NCBI GenBank assembly: GCA_026709025.1
Contig: JAPOTT010000032.1
Coordinates: 92,803 to 156,802, forward strand
Source: a bacterium
Lineage (GTDB): Bacteria; Actinomycetota; Acidimicrobiia; Acidimicrobiales; Bin134
Length of the DNA: 64,000 nt
Reading direction: 5' to 3'
A program made the translations under genes and the position numbers. The notes under the pieces are model-generated. The model was not told the DNA's origin. It worked only from the letters and a program-made list of their open reading frames with translations, and did no database searches. Below, piece after piece: positions 1 to 7,643 of this stretch (positions are counted from its first letter, which is position 1; each line of letters begins with the position of its first letter).

Positions 1-2515
1 CGATCTTGACGGCAATGAGTCCGCTAACAGGCGGGTTGAACGGGGCGGATCGTGTTGAGGTGAGCGCTTGTTGCTCGGACTCGTCGGCGTTGTGGCCCAG
101 TTTGTCGAGCAGCTTTTTGATGAGCTTGTCGCCATCAGCACCGGGGAAGTGAATACGCCGGGCAAAGAAGCTCTCCCCGTCATGGTCTGTGTCAATCATC
201 CAACAAGCGATGTCGTTTGGCCCACCACTGGCGGGAGCACCTGTAGCCGGATCGAACGTGTCGTAACCAGCAACGGCCACCGAGATCCGTCCGTCTGTGT
301 CACTATCACTTACTTCAATATCTGGGCGGCCCAAGATTACAAACGCCTCGTGGCCGGTTTCCTCTGAGAGGTCACGAATTATCAGGTCGCGATTCATCTG
401 AGCTTGGGCCACAGCAATTCGCCCAACTGTATGGGGAGCATCAGGGGCAAACGCATAAGCCACCACAAGCAACAAGTCGGCCGACTCCGCACCGGAGGCC
501 ATCTCCCGAGCTGCTTCGCGGATCATCTCGGCGGGCACGGTCACATCTTCGGCAGCGACCATCACCGCGGCTGTGTGCTCAGCAGCACCACCATTGACGG
601 TGTAGATGGCCTTCCATGCGAGAAGCTGCGAATCTGCAGGCCAGGGCTCCAAAGCCGAGATCGTCATATCTGTAGCAGCGCGGCCTCCGTTGATAGTGCG
701 ATGCAAAAGCGCGTGCTCAACCGCTTGTGAAAAGTCACTTTGGGCGGTGAAGTTTTCGTCTTCAGTGCCCTCGAAGGGGATCACCGTTGCCCACGGCTGT
801 TCGCTCTCCACGGTGAACGGCGAAGCCACACGCACCACGCCGCGCTTTCTGCGGGGCCGATCTACAAGCATGATTGGCTCTGGGTTAAGGTTATAAGCGA
901 GCGTGCTAGCCGACACCTGCGACACGCGCTCATAAACAAAACCTAAAGCCGGATCTTCGCCCCATCCGTGCTCAGATGGCTGCCGAAGAGTATTGCCAGA
1001 CAACTCGGCTTCTTGGGCTGCCCCATATTCGGAGTCGGCTAGCGCCCAGTAATCAAAAGTGGTGGTAGATAAGCGCTGGCGTGCTATGGCTATGGAGACT
1101 GGTGAGGTGTCGCAGGTGATCCATCTGCGCCCCCACTCCTCAGCCACAGAAGCGGTTGTGGCGCCACCGCAGGTGGGATCAAGCACAAGATCCCCAGGAT
1201 CGGTGGACATGAGCATGCACCGCTGAAGCACGCTGTTTGCTGTTTGGACTACATAGCGTTTGTCTGAGGTAGACATCTGCTGGTGCCATAGGTTGTGGAT
1301 GCGACGACCGGGCACCTCGTCCTCGTACCGCCTCCAACCAAGTCTGCCTTCACTCCCAGCCGCATCGAGTCGACCGAGTTCGGCCAAACGATCCATCCCT
1401 TCCATGGAGACGCTCCATTGTCGACCCCGTGGGCAGGGCCAGTCTTGTCCATTCCATTGATAAGACTCAGAGCGTCCAGTCTGTGATTCGCCTTGCGAAT
1501 CCAGTGACATTCTGCGGTAAGCGCGGGCACCTTCAGGAAGATGCTTATCGGGATCGGCCTTCTCCTCATCAGTCAGCTGTCTAGTAGTGCCGTCAGCGAG
1601 TTCGACCATTGCATGCCAACTCATGTGTGCAATCTTCTCCGCTTGGGTAAGCGGCTCATACAGCTGTCGATACTTGAGTTTTTCCTTATCTTTGGCGTAC
1701 CACAGCAGGAAGTCTGCAACGCTGGGAAGAGTCTTTGCAGAAGAACTGCTAGTTGTTGCGAATGGAATGATTGCTATTCGATTGTCGGCACCGAATATCT
1801 CATCCAAGAGCACTCCTACTCTCAACACGTTCTCATCGCCGATTTGCATGAATAGCGAGCCAGATTCGGTCAGCAGTTCGCGCATCAGTACCAGCTTTTC
1901 GTAGGTAAGGTCTAGGTAAGAGTGGATGCCGCGCTGATAGGTGTCACGAAACGCCCGGACGGTACGGGTGTCAAGTGGTCGACCCTTAGCTTTCTCGGGG
2001 GTGCTGTCGTTTTGGCCTACTTCCACTTGAAAGTTGGATTTGTAACCCATCCCATAAGGTGGATCAAAGTAAATCATCTGCACCTTGCCCACCATCTGCT
2101 CTCGCGCAATTAAAGAGGCCATTACACGGACGGCCTCGCCGTGGATTAGTCGGTTAGACCAGTTAGCAGTGTGCTGGTACCACTCATAAGCAGCATCGGC
2201 CGATGGTAGGCCATTGAAATCGCTAAACAAGCTAGGCTGTTCTCCGCTACCTTGAAGCAGCTTGGCAAACGCTGCCGGATGTACTTTTTCACGCACATAC
2301 AAAGGATGCGCGGCGTGCCCCCCCCCATGAAATAGCTGGCGATCCCACGCCAAAACCGGTTCATCGTCAACCATGCGAGTTTCAGGTTTGTGCAAGATGG
2401 GCTTGCGATCTGCTTCGCTCATGGTAGTGGCAGTCTGCTCGGTGGGCAGGTTGGTTCGCCGGGCAGATGAGTGGGTGTACTGTTCGGCAGTCTTGCTGCT
2501 GGCCTTTTGGGGCAT
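1..2515 (-). CDS. mod: Type III-like R-M DNA methyltransferase (Mod, beta-class amino-methyltransferase), 3'-partial. It runs off the left edge and is absent from the supplied ORF track.
   Basis: Manual minus-strand translation from the ATG at 2515-2513 gives one uninterrupted frame of 838 codons down to position 1; the track appears to list only complete ORFs. The N-terminus reads '...YEWYQHTANWSNRLIHGEAVRVMASL'. Motif IV is 'MIYFDPPYG' (DPPY at 2065-2054) and motif I is 'LVLDPTCGGATTASVAEEWGRRWITCD' (about 1180-1151). The order IV-TRD-I is as in Type III Mod proteins. More than 380 aa follow motif I. The ATG overlaps the res TGA (ATGA). Confidence 0.85.
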   Translation of the reverse strand, partial: MPQKASSKTAEQYTHSSARRTNLPTEQTATTMSEADRKPILHKPETRMVDDEPVLAWDRQLFHGGGHAAHPLYVREKVHPAAFAKLLQGSGEQPSLFSDFNGLPSADAAYEWYQHTANWSNRLIHGEAVRVMASLIAREQMVGKVQMIYFDPPYGMGYKSNFQVEVGQNDSTPEKAKGRPLDTRTVRAFRDTYQRGIHSYLDLTYEKLVLMRELLTESGSLFMQIGDENVLRVGVLLDEIFGADNRIAIIPFATTSSSSAKTLPSVADFLLWYAKDKEKLKYRQLYEPLTQAEKIAHMSWHAMVELADGTTRQLTDEEKADPDKHLPEGARAYRRMSLDSQGESQTGRSESYQWNGQDWPCPRGRQWSVSMEGMDRLAELGRLDAAGSEGRLGWRRYEDEVPGRRIHNLWHQQMSTSDKRYVVQTANSVLQRCMLMSTDPGDLVLDPTCGGATTASVAEEWGRRWITCDTSPVSIAIARQRLSTTTFDYWALADSEYGAAQEAELSGNTLRQPSEHGWGEDPALGFVYERVSQVSASTLAYNLNPEPIMLVDRPRRKRGVVRVASPFTVESEQPWATVIPFEGTEDENFTAQSDFSQAVEHALLHRTINGGRAATDMTISALEPWPADSQLLAWKAIYTVNGGAAEHTAAVMVAAEDVTVPAEMIREAAREMASGAESADLLLVVAYAFAPDAPHTVGRIAVAQAQMNRDLIIRDLSEETGHEAFVILGRPDIEVSDSDTDGRISVAVAGYDTFDPATGAPASGGPNDIACWMIDTDHDGESFFARRIHFPGADGDKLIKKLLDKLGHNADESEQQALTSTRSAPFNPPVSGLIAVKI
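2318..2326 (-). repeat. G9 homopolymer (C9 on the + strand) inside mod, codons 64-66 (Gly-Gly-Gly)
   Basis: Read directly as 'gtgccc ccccccatga'. Exactly 189 nt (63 codons) separate the mod ATG from the tract. It is the longest homopolymer I noticed in the window. Confidence 0.9.
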
Positions 2516-5505
2516 CATGCTGCTCCTTGCTGTGGGATGTGAAGCTCTACAGGCTTGGGGTGTGAGGTTTGAGTGTGGGCGCTGCGGACCTCAGCTATGG
2601 CTATGTTGAGATCTGCGGTCATGCGGTCTTTGTTGGCTAGCTCCACAAAAGACCAGCTGCGCAACCATCTAGGAAGTTGGGCAGAAGATTCCACAGCGGG
2701 TATCCATTTTTCGGTTGTTGCCTGCTTTTTACGCTCAGAACGGTCATCTGTGATGCCCTTGCATTCGATGATGAGGTGGACAGCTGATTCGTCTTCGCGT
2801 TCACCAAACAGGCGCACCACGAAATCGGGTTCGTAGTGATGCCATGCACCTTCCCACAGGCAGGGAATCTCCCAGCCGAGCCGAAAGTTACGCGCCCAGC
2901 CGCGCACGTCAGGGTGATTGTCCAGTTGCCAAGCTAACGCCGCCTCAAACTCCGAATGACACGCTGCCGCGCTCAACTCCGAATGTTTGGCAACGTGGCG
3001 ATCTACCAGGCTGGTTTCAAATGATATGCCCGAGGTGTCTAGCAGGTTGGGGTAACCGAACGTAGCAGCCACCCTGTCGGCAGTGGCATCAGCGGGCAAA
3101 CAGGCATCGGCAATCTCCTTTGTGGCTTGGACCAGGTTTGCTGAACCGATGGTATTCCAATCGGCGGCAATCACATTTGCAAGCTCAGCCCATTGGCTGA
3201 CTATACGGATGGCATCGTGAAACAGGTAACGTCGCCGCGCTCGCCAACTATTGCCTGTTTCATCAAGGTGAGTACACCAGCGGGTAACCAATTCAGCTGC
3301 AAGGCGGGTTTGGGCCTGCTGTGCACGCATCTGTTCATACGCCTTGAGGGTGGTAGTGCCACCTACCGACCCCGATAGCTCAGTTTGTGCAACACCATCG
3401 GGTACCCACCTAATCACCCTCGTTTTATCGAGGCGGAAGCGGTTTGAGCCATGTTCGGTAAGATATGAAGCCACGTTAGGGAAATCCACGCGGTACATCT
3501 GTCGACCATGCACACTTTTTACTTCGTAGCGTGGTTTGGGCGGGCTGCTTACGTCCTGGCCTTTGGTTGGCATGAACTCAAACGGCACGCCAATCACCTC
3601 GGCGTACTCGGCAACGAGGCGGCCCTCGGTGTCGTAGTTGTCGTAGTTAGAGCGCCGCAGCGCCCGTCCAGTCACCTGCTCACACAGCAGTTGGGTGGAG
3701 AAGGCCCTGTAGCCACAGATGTGAGTGACGGTGCGAGTGTCCCAACCCTCGGTGAGCATCTGCACCGATACAACACACCGAATGTGTTCACCGAGCCCTC
3801 CAGCCTTGCCTACCGAGTTCAGGGCGCTCCGCACCACCTCCTTATCGTCTCTGTTGTCGCCGGGTTCTCGCAAGCGGGCAGCCTGCGAGCTGACAGACTT
3901 GTTCAGGTTGGCTTCTCCCTCGAGTTGAGAATGGACTAGTAACGTGTGCATCTGCTCTGTTGGCTTACCTTCTGAGTAGTTGACTAACAACGGGTAAGCT
4001 CCGTTGTGACACTCGGTGGTGCCATCATCTTGCTTTTCCAACCAGCCAGAGATGTGGTCGGCTATGGCCGTTGCATTGGAGATATTATTTGCCACCACAA
4101 TCAGCACTGGCGGAGTGGGCATTCGCAGTTTTGGATCTTCCGGGTTCATCCACAGGTCGTACTTCTGTTCGTAACTGCTGTATAGCGCATCAAGCGCTCG
4201 TTTGAGTTCGGCGGGCACAGCATCGCGGCGCACCTTCTTGGGAGTGGTGTTGCGATACAGGTTGCGCCATTTCACATCGCCAGCGTCCGTGTTGTCGTCT
4301 ATTGGTACCTGCGGTATCTTCACTAACCCAGATTCAATGCTGTCCATAAGAGGGAAGTCCGACACCACCCACGGGAACATGCGTTCTTTACGCTCGGAGC
4401 CTTCTATGAAAATTGGCGTGGCCGAGAAATCGTACACCGGGCCTAGCTGTTGCGATTCGCGCAGCCCGGCTAGAGCGCCAAACCAGATTGCCGCCGCTTT
4501 GGTATCATCATCGCCATCTGCGCCACGCCGACCCGCTTCGGGTAAGTAGCAGTGGTGGGCTTCATCGTTGAGCACGCACACCCGTGGCGCGCCACTCCCC
4601 TTTGGAAAACCTCGCAGGATCCTCTGCAAAACAGCATCCATAGATTCGTATTCGGTTTTGTCGCTACCGACACGGAATAGTTTCTTGGCATCGCTCGAAG
4701 CAACAGCCAAGCGATCTCTGGGCGCGAACGCATGAAAGTTCAGCACCCGTATCTTTACCGCCCCCAGGCAAGCCCGCATACTCTCTGGCAAAAGCCGCAT
4801 TTCGTCATACACGTTTTCTTGATGGGTGGGTTGTAGCACCGCTAGGCGCTCCCTAACTGTATGGCCTGGTGCTATTGCTAGAAAACAGGTGGTGTAACGA
4901 CTATCACGGCGGCGTGTGGACGCAGCGTTGGCAGCGTGATAGGCGATCATCATGCCCATTACGGCTGTCTTGCCCGAACCGGTTGCCATCCGCACCGCCC
5001 AACGGGCGATGCCATCGTTGTACTCGTTGTTTGCATCTATTAACTGGCGGCGCACTTCAGCCAGCACCGGGTACTTGCTGGCGTTAGCCTCGGTTAACCA
5101 GATCAGAGTTTCGACGGCCTCTACCTGAGCAAAGAATAGCCGGGGTTCATTGGTTTCACTGCGCCAGTGCTGCAAAAGATGCCTAGTTGTTGCCGTTGTT
5201 CCAGGATAGGCCGAATGCCGCCACGCACCCACCGCGTCTCGGATGCGATTCACCAACTCGTTCTGTTCTGCGGAGGTGACCTGCATTCGCAACTGCGTGC
5301 CGCGCTGTTTGGGGACTATCACCAGTGCCTGGCTCAACCGGCGACCCTCAATCACCTCGCCAGTAGCAATGTTGTCCTCGCCTAATTCCCAATAGCGAGA
5401 AGGCTCTAAATGAGGCCGGTTCAGCACAGGCTGTGTAACGTGGTCGAGCACCCGAGATGGAGTTGGCAATGGCTTAGGTGCATGGTTAGCGCCATCGGTT
5501 GTCAT
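2515..5505 (-). CDS. res: Type III restriction enzyme Res subunit (SF2 helicase/ATPase with a C-terminal PD-(D/E)xK nuclease)
   Basis: 996-aa ORF. Helicase motifs are I 'MATGSGKTAV', II 'VLNDEAHHCY' (DEAH), III 'DFSATPI' and V/VI 'MLTEGWDTRTV...QVTGRALRR'. The C-terminal nuclease motif is 'YEPDFVV...HLIIECKG'. An RBS-like AAGGTGA sits just upstream of the ATG at 5505. Confidence 0.9.
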   Translation of the reverse strand: MTTDGANHAPKPLPTPSRVLDHVTQPVLNRPHLEPSRYWELGEDNIATGEVIEGRRLSQALVIVPKQRGTQLRMQVTSAEQNELVNRIRDAVGAWRHSAYPGTTATTRHLLQHWRSETNEPRLFFAQVEAVETLIWLTEANASKYPVLAEVRRQLIDANNEYNDGIARWAVRMATGSGKTAVMGMMIAYHAANAASTRRRDSRYTTCFLAIAPGHTVRERLAVLQPTHQENVYDEMRLLPESMRACLGAVKIRVLNFHAFAPRDRLAVASSDAKKLFRVGSDKTEYESMDAVLQRILRGFPKGSGAPRVCVLNDEAHHCYLPEAGRRGADGDDDTKAAAIWFGALAGLRESQQLGPVYDFSATPIFIEGSERKERMFPWVVSDFPLMDSIESGLVKIPQVPIDDNTDAGDVKWRNLYRNTTPKKVRRDAVPAELKRALDALYSSYEQKYDLWMNPEDPKLRMPTPPVLIVVANNISNATAIADHISGWLEKQDDGTTECHNGAYPLLVNYSEGKPTEQMHTLLVHSQLEGEANLNKSVSSQAARLREPGDNRDDKEVVRSALNSVGKAGGLGEHIRCVVSVQMLTEGWDTRTVTHICGYRAFSTQLLCEQVTGRALRRSNYDNYDTEGRLVAEYAEVIGVPFEFMPTKGQDVSSPPKPRYEVKSVHGRQMYRVDFPNVASYLTEHGSNRFRLDKTRVIRWVPDGVAQTELSGSVGGTTTLKAYEQMRAQQAQTRLAAELVTRWCTHLDETGNSWRARRRYLFHDAIRIVSQWAELANVIAADWNTIGSANLVQATKEIADACLPADATADRVAATFGYPNLLDTSGISFETSLVDRHVAKHSELSAAACHSEFEAALAWQLDNHPDVRGWARNFRLGWEIPCLWEGAWHHYEPDFVVRLFGEREDESAVHLIIECKGITDDRSERKKQATTEKWIPAVESSAQLPRWLRSWSFVELANKDRMTADLNIAIAEVRSAHTQTSHPKPVELHIPQQGAA

Positions 5506-5608
5506 AGCATCACCTTACAACCTCAACTAGCGCGCTACAGGGCATTCACCCCCACCGCTTCCACCCACTTCTACGTTGCGAGTTCGCTCTTATTGCCTAG
5601 AACTACCT

Positions 5609-6892
5609 TTAGGGTTTTAGTGCGGTGATGGACACCACTCCTACCCCGTCAGTTCGCATGTAGGGTTTCCCGGTAGAAGTGATGATAATAAGTGCGCTGG
5701 GAGCACCCATAACGCTTGTGTCAACTTTGGCGGTCAACTTCAACAACGATTGAGCTGCTTCTTCAATTGCATCGGGAGCCCCCAGCTTAACCTCAACTGC
5801 AATCCATTTACCGTCGTCTCGCTCTAAAATTGCATCTACTTCAAGCTTGTCTTTATCGCGGTAATGATAAACCGCACTTCGGCACGCTTGGGCATAAACA
5901 CGGAGATCTCGCATCACCATTGATTCAAAAAGCAACCCAAGAGCTTGTCTGTCTTTGAACAGGGAATCGGCGCTAGCTCCGAGGGCAGCCGTTGCCAACG
6001 ATGGATCAACGAGATGGTGCTTAGGAGATGACCGCAAAGTAGAGCGCGACAACAAACGTACCTTCCAAGCTGGCTGAGGTTCATAGATGAAAATACTGCT
6101 CAGCGCGTCCAGATATGTTCGCACTGTCTGGCGGGCTATAGCCCCGCTTTCGCCCAGATCAGTTGCCAACGTGTTCTGACTAGCTTCTGAAGCGCTGTTT
6201 CGGGCTAGCGATGCAAGCAATCGCCGCACACCCTGGGGATTGTGTCGGATGTTGCTAGTTTGCGGTAAATCTACACGACAAACCTCGTTCAGATAGTCCC
6301 GCGCAAACTCTTGCGCGTCACGAGGCTCTATGTGTTGAGTGAGTGGCCAGCCACCCCGCAGTAGCCAATCTATAACTTCTCTGAGTTCATCTGCAGGCGT
6401 GGCATTGCTCGTCGTCAAAGGTCTTAGATCAGCTTCGTATCCCGAATCAAAAAGTTTCCCGAGGCTTACTGTTCCAGTTGAAGTCCCACTCTCCCAGAGC
6501 GACATGGGCCGCATCAAAATTCGCCCTACCCGACCAGCACCAGAATGCCGAAAGATGTAATCAGAGGGTCGAGCCGAAGCTGAGAGAATGAACCTTCCTG
6601 GTCTGCCTAAACGATCGCTAGCCCGCCTGACTTGATCCCACAGCCCGGGAACTAAAGGCCACTCATCCAAGAGCATGGGATGTGCGCCTTCCGTTAGAGG
6701 TAGCGTTCCTTGCGATGCGTGACCCCGCGCCGACTCGTCTTCGTCAAACAAAATCTCACTAGCAGCGAACTGCTGCGATGTTGTCGTCTTACCACAACCG
6801 CGCGTGCCTTCGACTAGAACCACTGGAAGCGAGCGCAGTTTGTCGGCTATCTGGGTGTCAATCACCCGTGGCATATAGCGATCCACAACCAT
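5609..6892 (-). CDS. AAA+ ATPase with a C-terminal DUF4143 domain (COG1373-type predicted ATPase), paralog 1
   Basis: 427-aa ORF. Walker A is 'EGTRGCGKTT' and Walker B-like is 'PMLLDEWP'. The C-terminal 'LEVDAILERDDGKWIAVEVKLG' resembles a restriction-endonuclease-fold D...E-x-K motif. It is co-directional with res, 103 nt upstream of it. Confidence 0.8.
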   Translation of the reverse strand: MVVDRYMPRVIDTQIADKLRSLPVVLVEGTRGCGKTTTSQQFAASEILFDEDESARGHASQGTLPLTEGAHPMLLDEWPLVPGLWDQVRRASDRLGRPGRFILSASARPSDYIFRHSGAGRVGRILMRPMSLWESGTSTGTVSLGKLFDSGYEADLRPLTTSNATPADELREVIDWLLRGGWPLTQHIEPRDAQEFARDYLNEVCRVDLPQTSNIRHNPQGVRRLLASLARNSASEASQNTLATDLGESGAIARQTVRTYLDALSSIFIYEPQPAWKVRLLSRSTLRSSPKHHLVDPSLATAALGASADSLFKDRQALGLLFESMVMRDLRVYAQACRSAVYHYRDKDKLEVDAILERDDGKWIAVEVKLGAPDAIEEAAQSLLKLTAKVDTSVMGAPSALIIITSTGKPYMRTDGVGVVSITALKP

Positions 6893-6960
6893 AATCTAAC
6901 ACTTTGGCGATCATTTATCTTACAATTCGGCGAACAATTATCTAACAAAACAGCGACCCA
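6892..6960. repeat. Three tandem, exactly 23-bp-phased degenerate repeats (TTATCTWACA-N4-GGCGA) that abut and overlap the start codon of DUF4143 ATPase paralog 1
   Basis: Units are 6892-6914 'taatctaacactttggcgatcat', 6915-6937 'ttatcttacaattcggcgaacaa' and 6938-6960 'ttatctaacaaaacagcgaccca'. Pairwise identity is 16/23 and 17/23. The word and the GGCGA/AGCGA box each recur at exactly 23 bp. Confidence 0.85.
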
Positions 6961-7131
6961 CATTGCGCACCAACAGACTTGCGCCAGACTGTTCAAGCCA
7001 CCAATCCAACGCTGTGATACCAACAGTCTTTTGAGTCCCCAGTGCGCTGTCCAGCAGTTTTGTAAAGATCACCTAAAACCTCCAGGATATAAGATCCCAC
7101 ACGTTCTCCTTTGTTGTCCTACCCGCTAGCA

Positions 7132-7164
7132 CTAGGGCTTTAGCGTGGTAACGGTCACCACTCT
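7132..7164 (-). pseudogene. Relic of the 3' end of a third DUF4143 ATPase paralog
   Basis: The minus strand reads '...RVVTVTTLKP*', against the C-terminus '...GVVSITALKP*' of paralog 1. About 25 of 33 nt are identical to 5609-5641. An in-frame stop lies 26 codons upstream, so only the tail survives. Confidence 0.6.
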
Positions 7165-7238
7165 AAAACCACATTGAGACTTGTTGGGCTTTACCCAAAG
7201 CGTCTTGACACAAGGCAATTAAGCATCAAGATGGCAAC

Positions 7239-7475
7239 ATGCGAACCATACTCACCCTTGATAGCGATGTCGCCGATGCACTAAAAGAGCGCGCCCGTCA
7301 GTTTGACCAGACATTCAAACAAGTCGTCAACGATACACTCCGACGCGGTCTGTCATCCGTCTCTGATGAACTTCAAACCCCCTATAAAGTAAAACCGCAC
7401 AACAGCGGCTTTCGTGCTGGAGTCGACATGCTTCACCTCAGTCAACTCGCTGACGAAGTCCAATCTGACCACTAA
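7239..7475 (+). CDS. vapB: Type II antitoxin, VapB-like ('MRTxLTLDxDV' family)
   Basis: 78-aa ORF. 'MRTILTLDSDVADALKERARQFDQTFKQVVNDTLRRGL...PYKVKPHNSGFRAGVDMLHLSQL' follows the pattern of antitoxins paired with PIN toxins in Actinobacteria and cyanobacteria. Confidence 0.6.
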   Translation: MRTILTLDSDVADALKERARQFDQTFKQVVNDTLRRGLSSVSDELQTPYKVKPHNSGFRAGVDMLHLSQLADEVQSDH

Positions 7476-7532
7476 TCACCTATTCACATATTATGAGCCA
7501 TCCAGCGTCGCCGCATCATGCTATGGACTTAG

Positions 7533-7604
7533 GAACTGAGTGGTTTCGTTAATCGTTTCCCCGGCCTACGCTGGCGCAACCCTTTGAAAACGACTCTACA
7601 GTAA
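7533..7604 (+). pseudogene. C-terminal remnant of the cognate PIN-domain VapC toxin; about 300 bp of the gene is missing
   Basis: The frame after a TAG at 7530 reads 'ELSGFVNRFPGLRWRNPLKTTLQ*'. The 'RFPGLRWxNPL' tail is typical of VapC C-termini. Only 129 nt separate the vapB stop from this stop, where about 400 nt would be expected. Confidence 0.45.
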
Positions 7605-7643
7605 AATCAGCATTGGTTAGCAAATCTATCACCGTCATCTACC

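Noticed and set aside
68-946. Four plus-strand ORFs of 68-108 aa (68..367, 404..730, 606..896, 740..946) listed in the track
   Set aside because: All lie antisense to the long uninterrupted minus-strand mod frame, which carries clear methyltransferase motifs. They are typical shadow ORFs.
2146-2370. 74-aa minus-strand ORF 'MTMNRFWRGIASYFMGGGTPRIL...'
   Set aside because: It is the +1 frame of mod running through the G9 tract, not an independent gene. It is informative only because it is the frame entered after a -1 slip.
6892-6960. Possibility that the 23-bp arrays (here and at 9187-9274) are mini-CRISPR arrays
   Set aside because: The units are contiguous with no unique spacers, are degenerate, number only 3-4, and no cas genes are present. 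They are better described as iteron- or operator-like arrays.
7205-7238. TTGACA hexamer upstream of vapB as a -35 box
   Set aside because: There is no convincing -10 (TANNNT) at the proper spacing, so a promoter call is not supportable from sequence alone.
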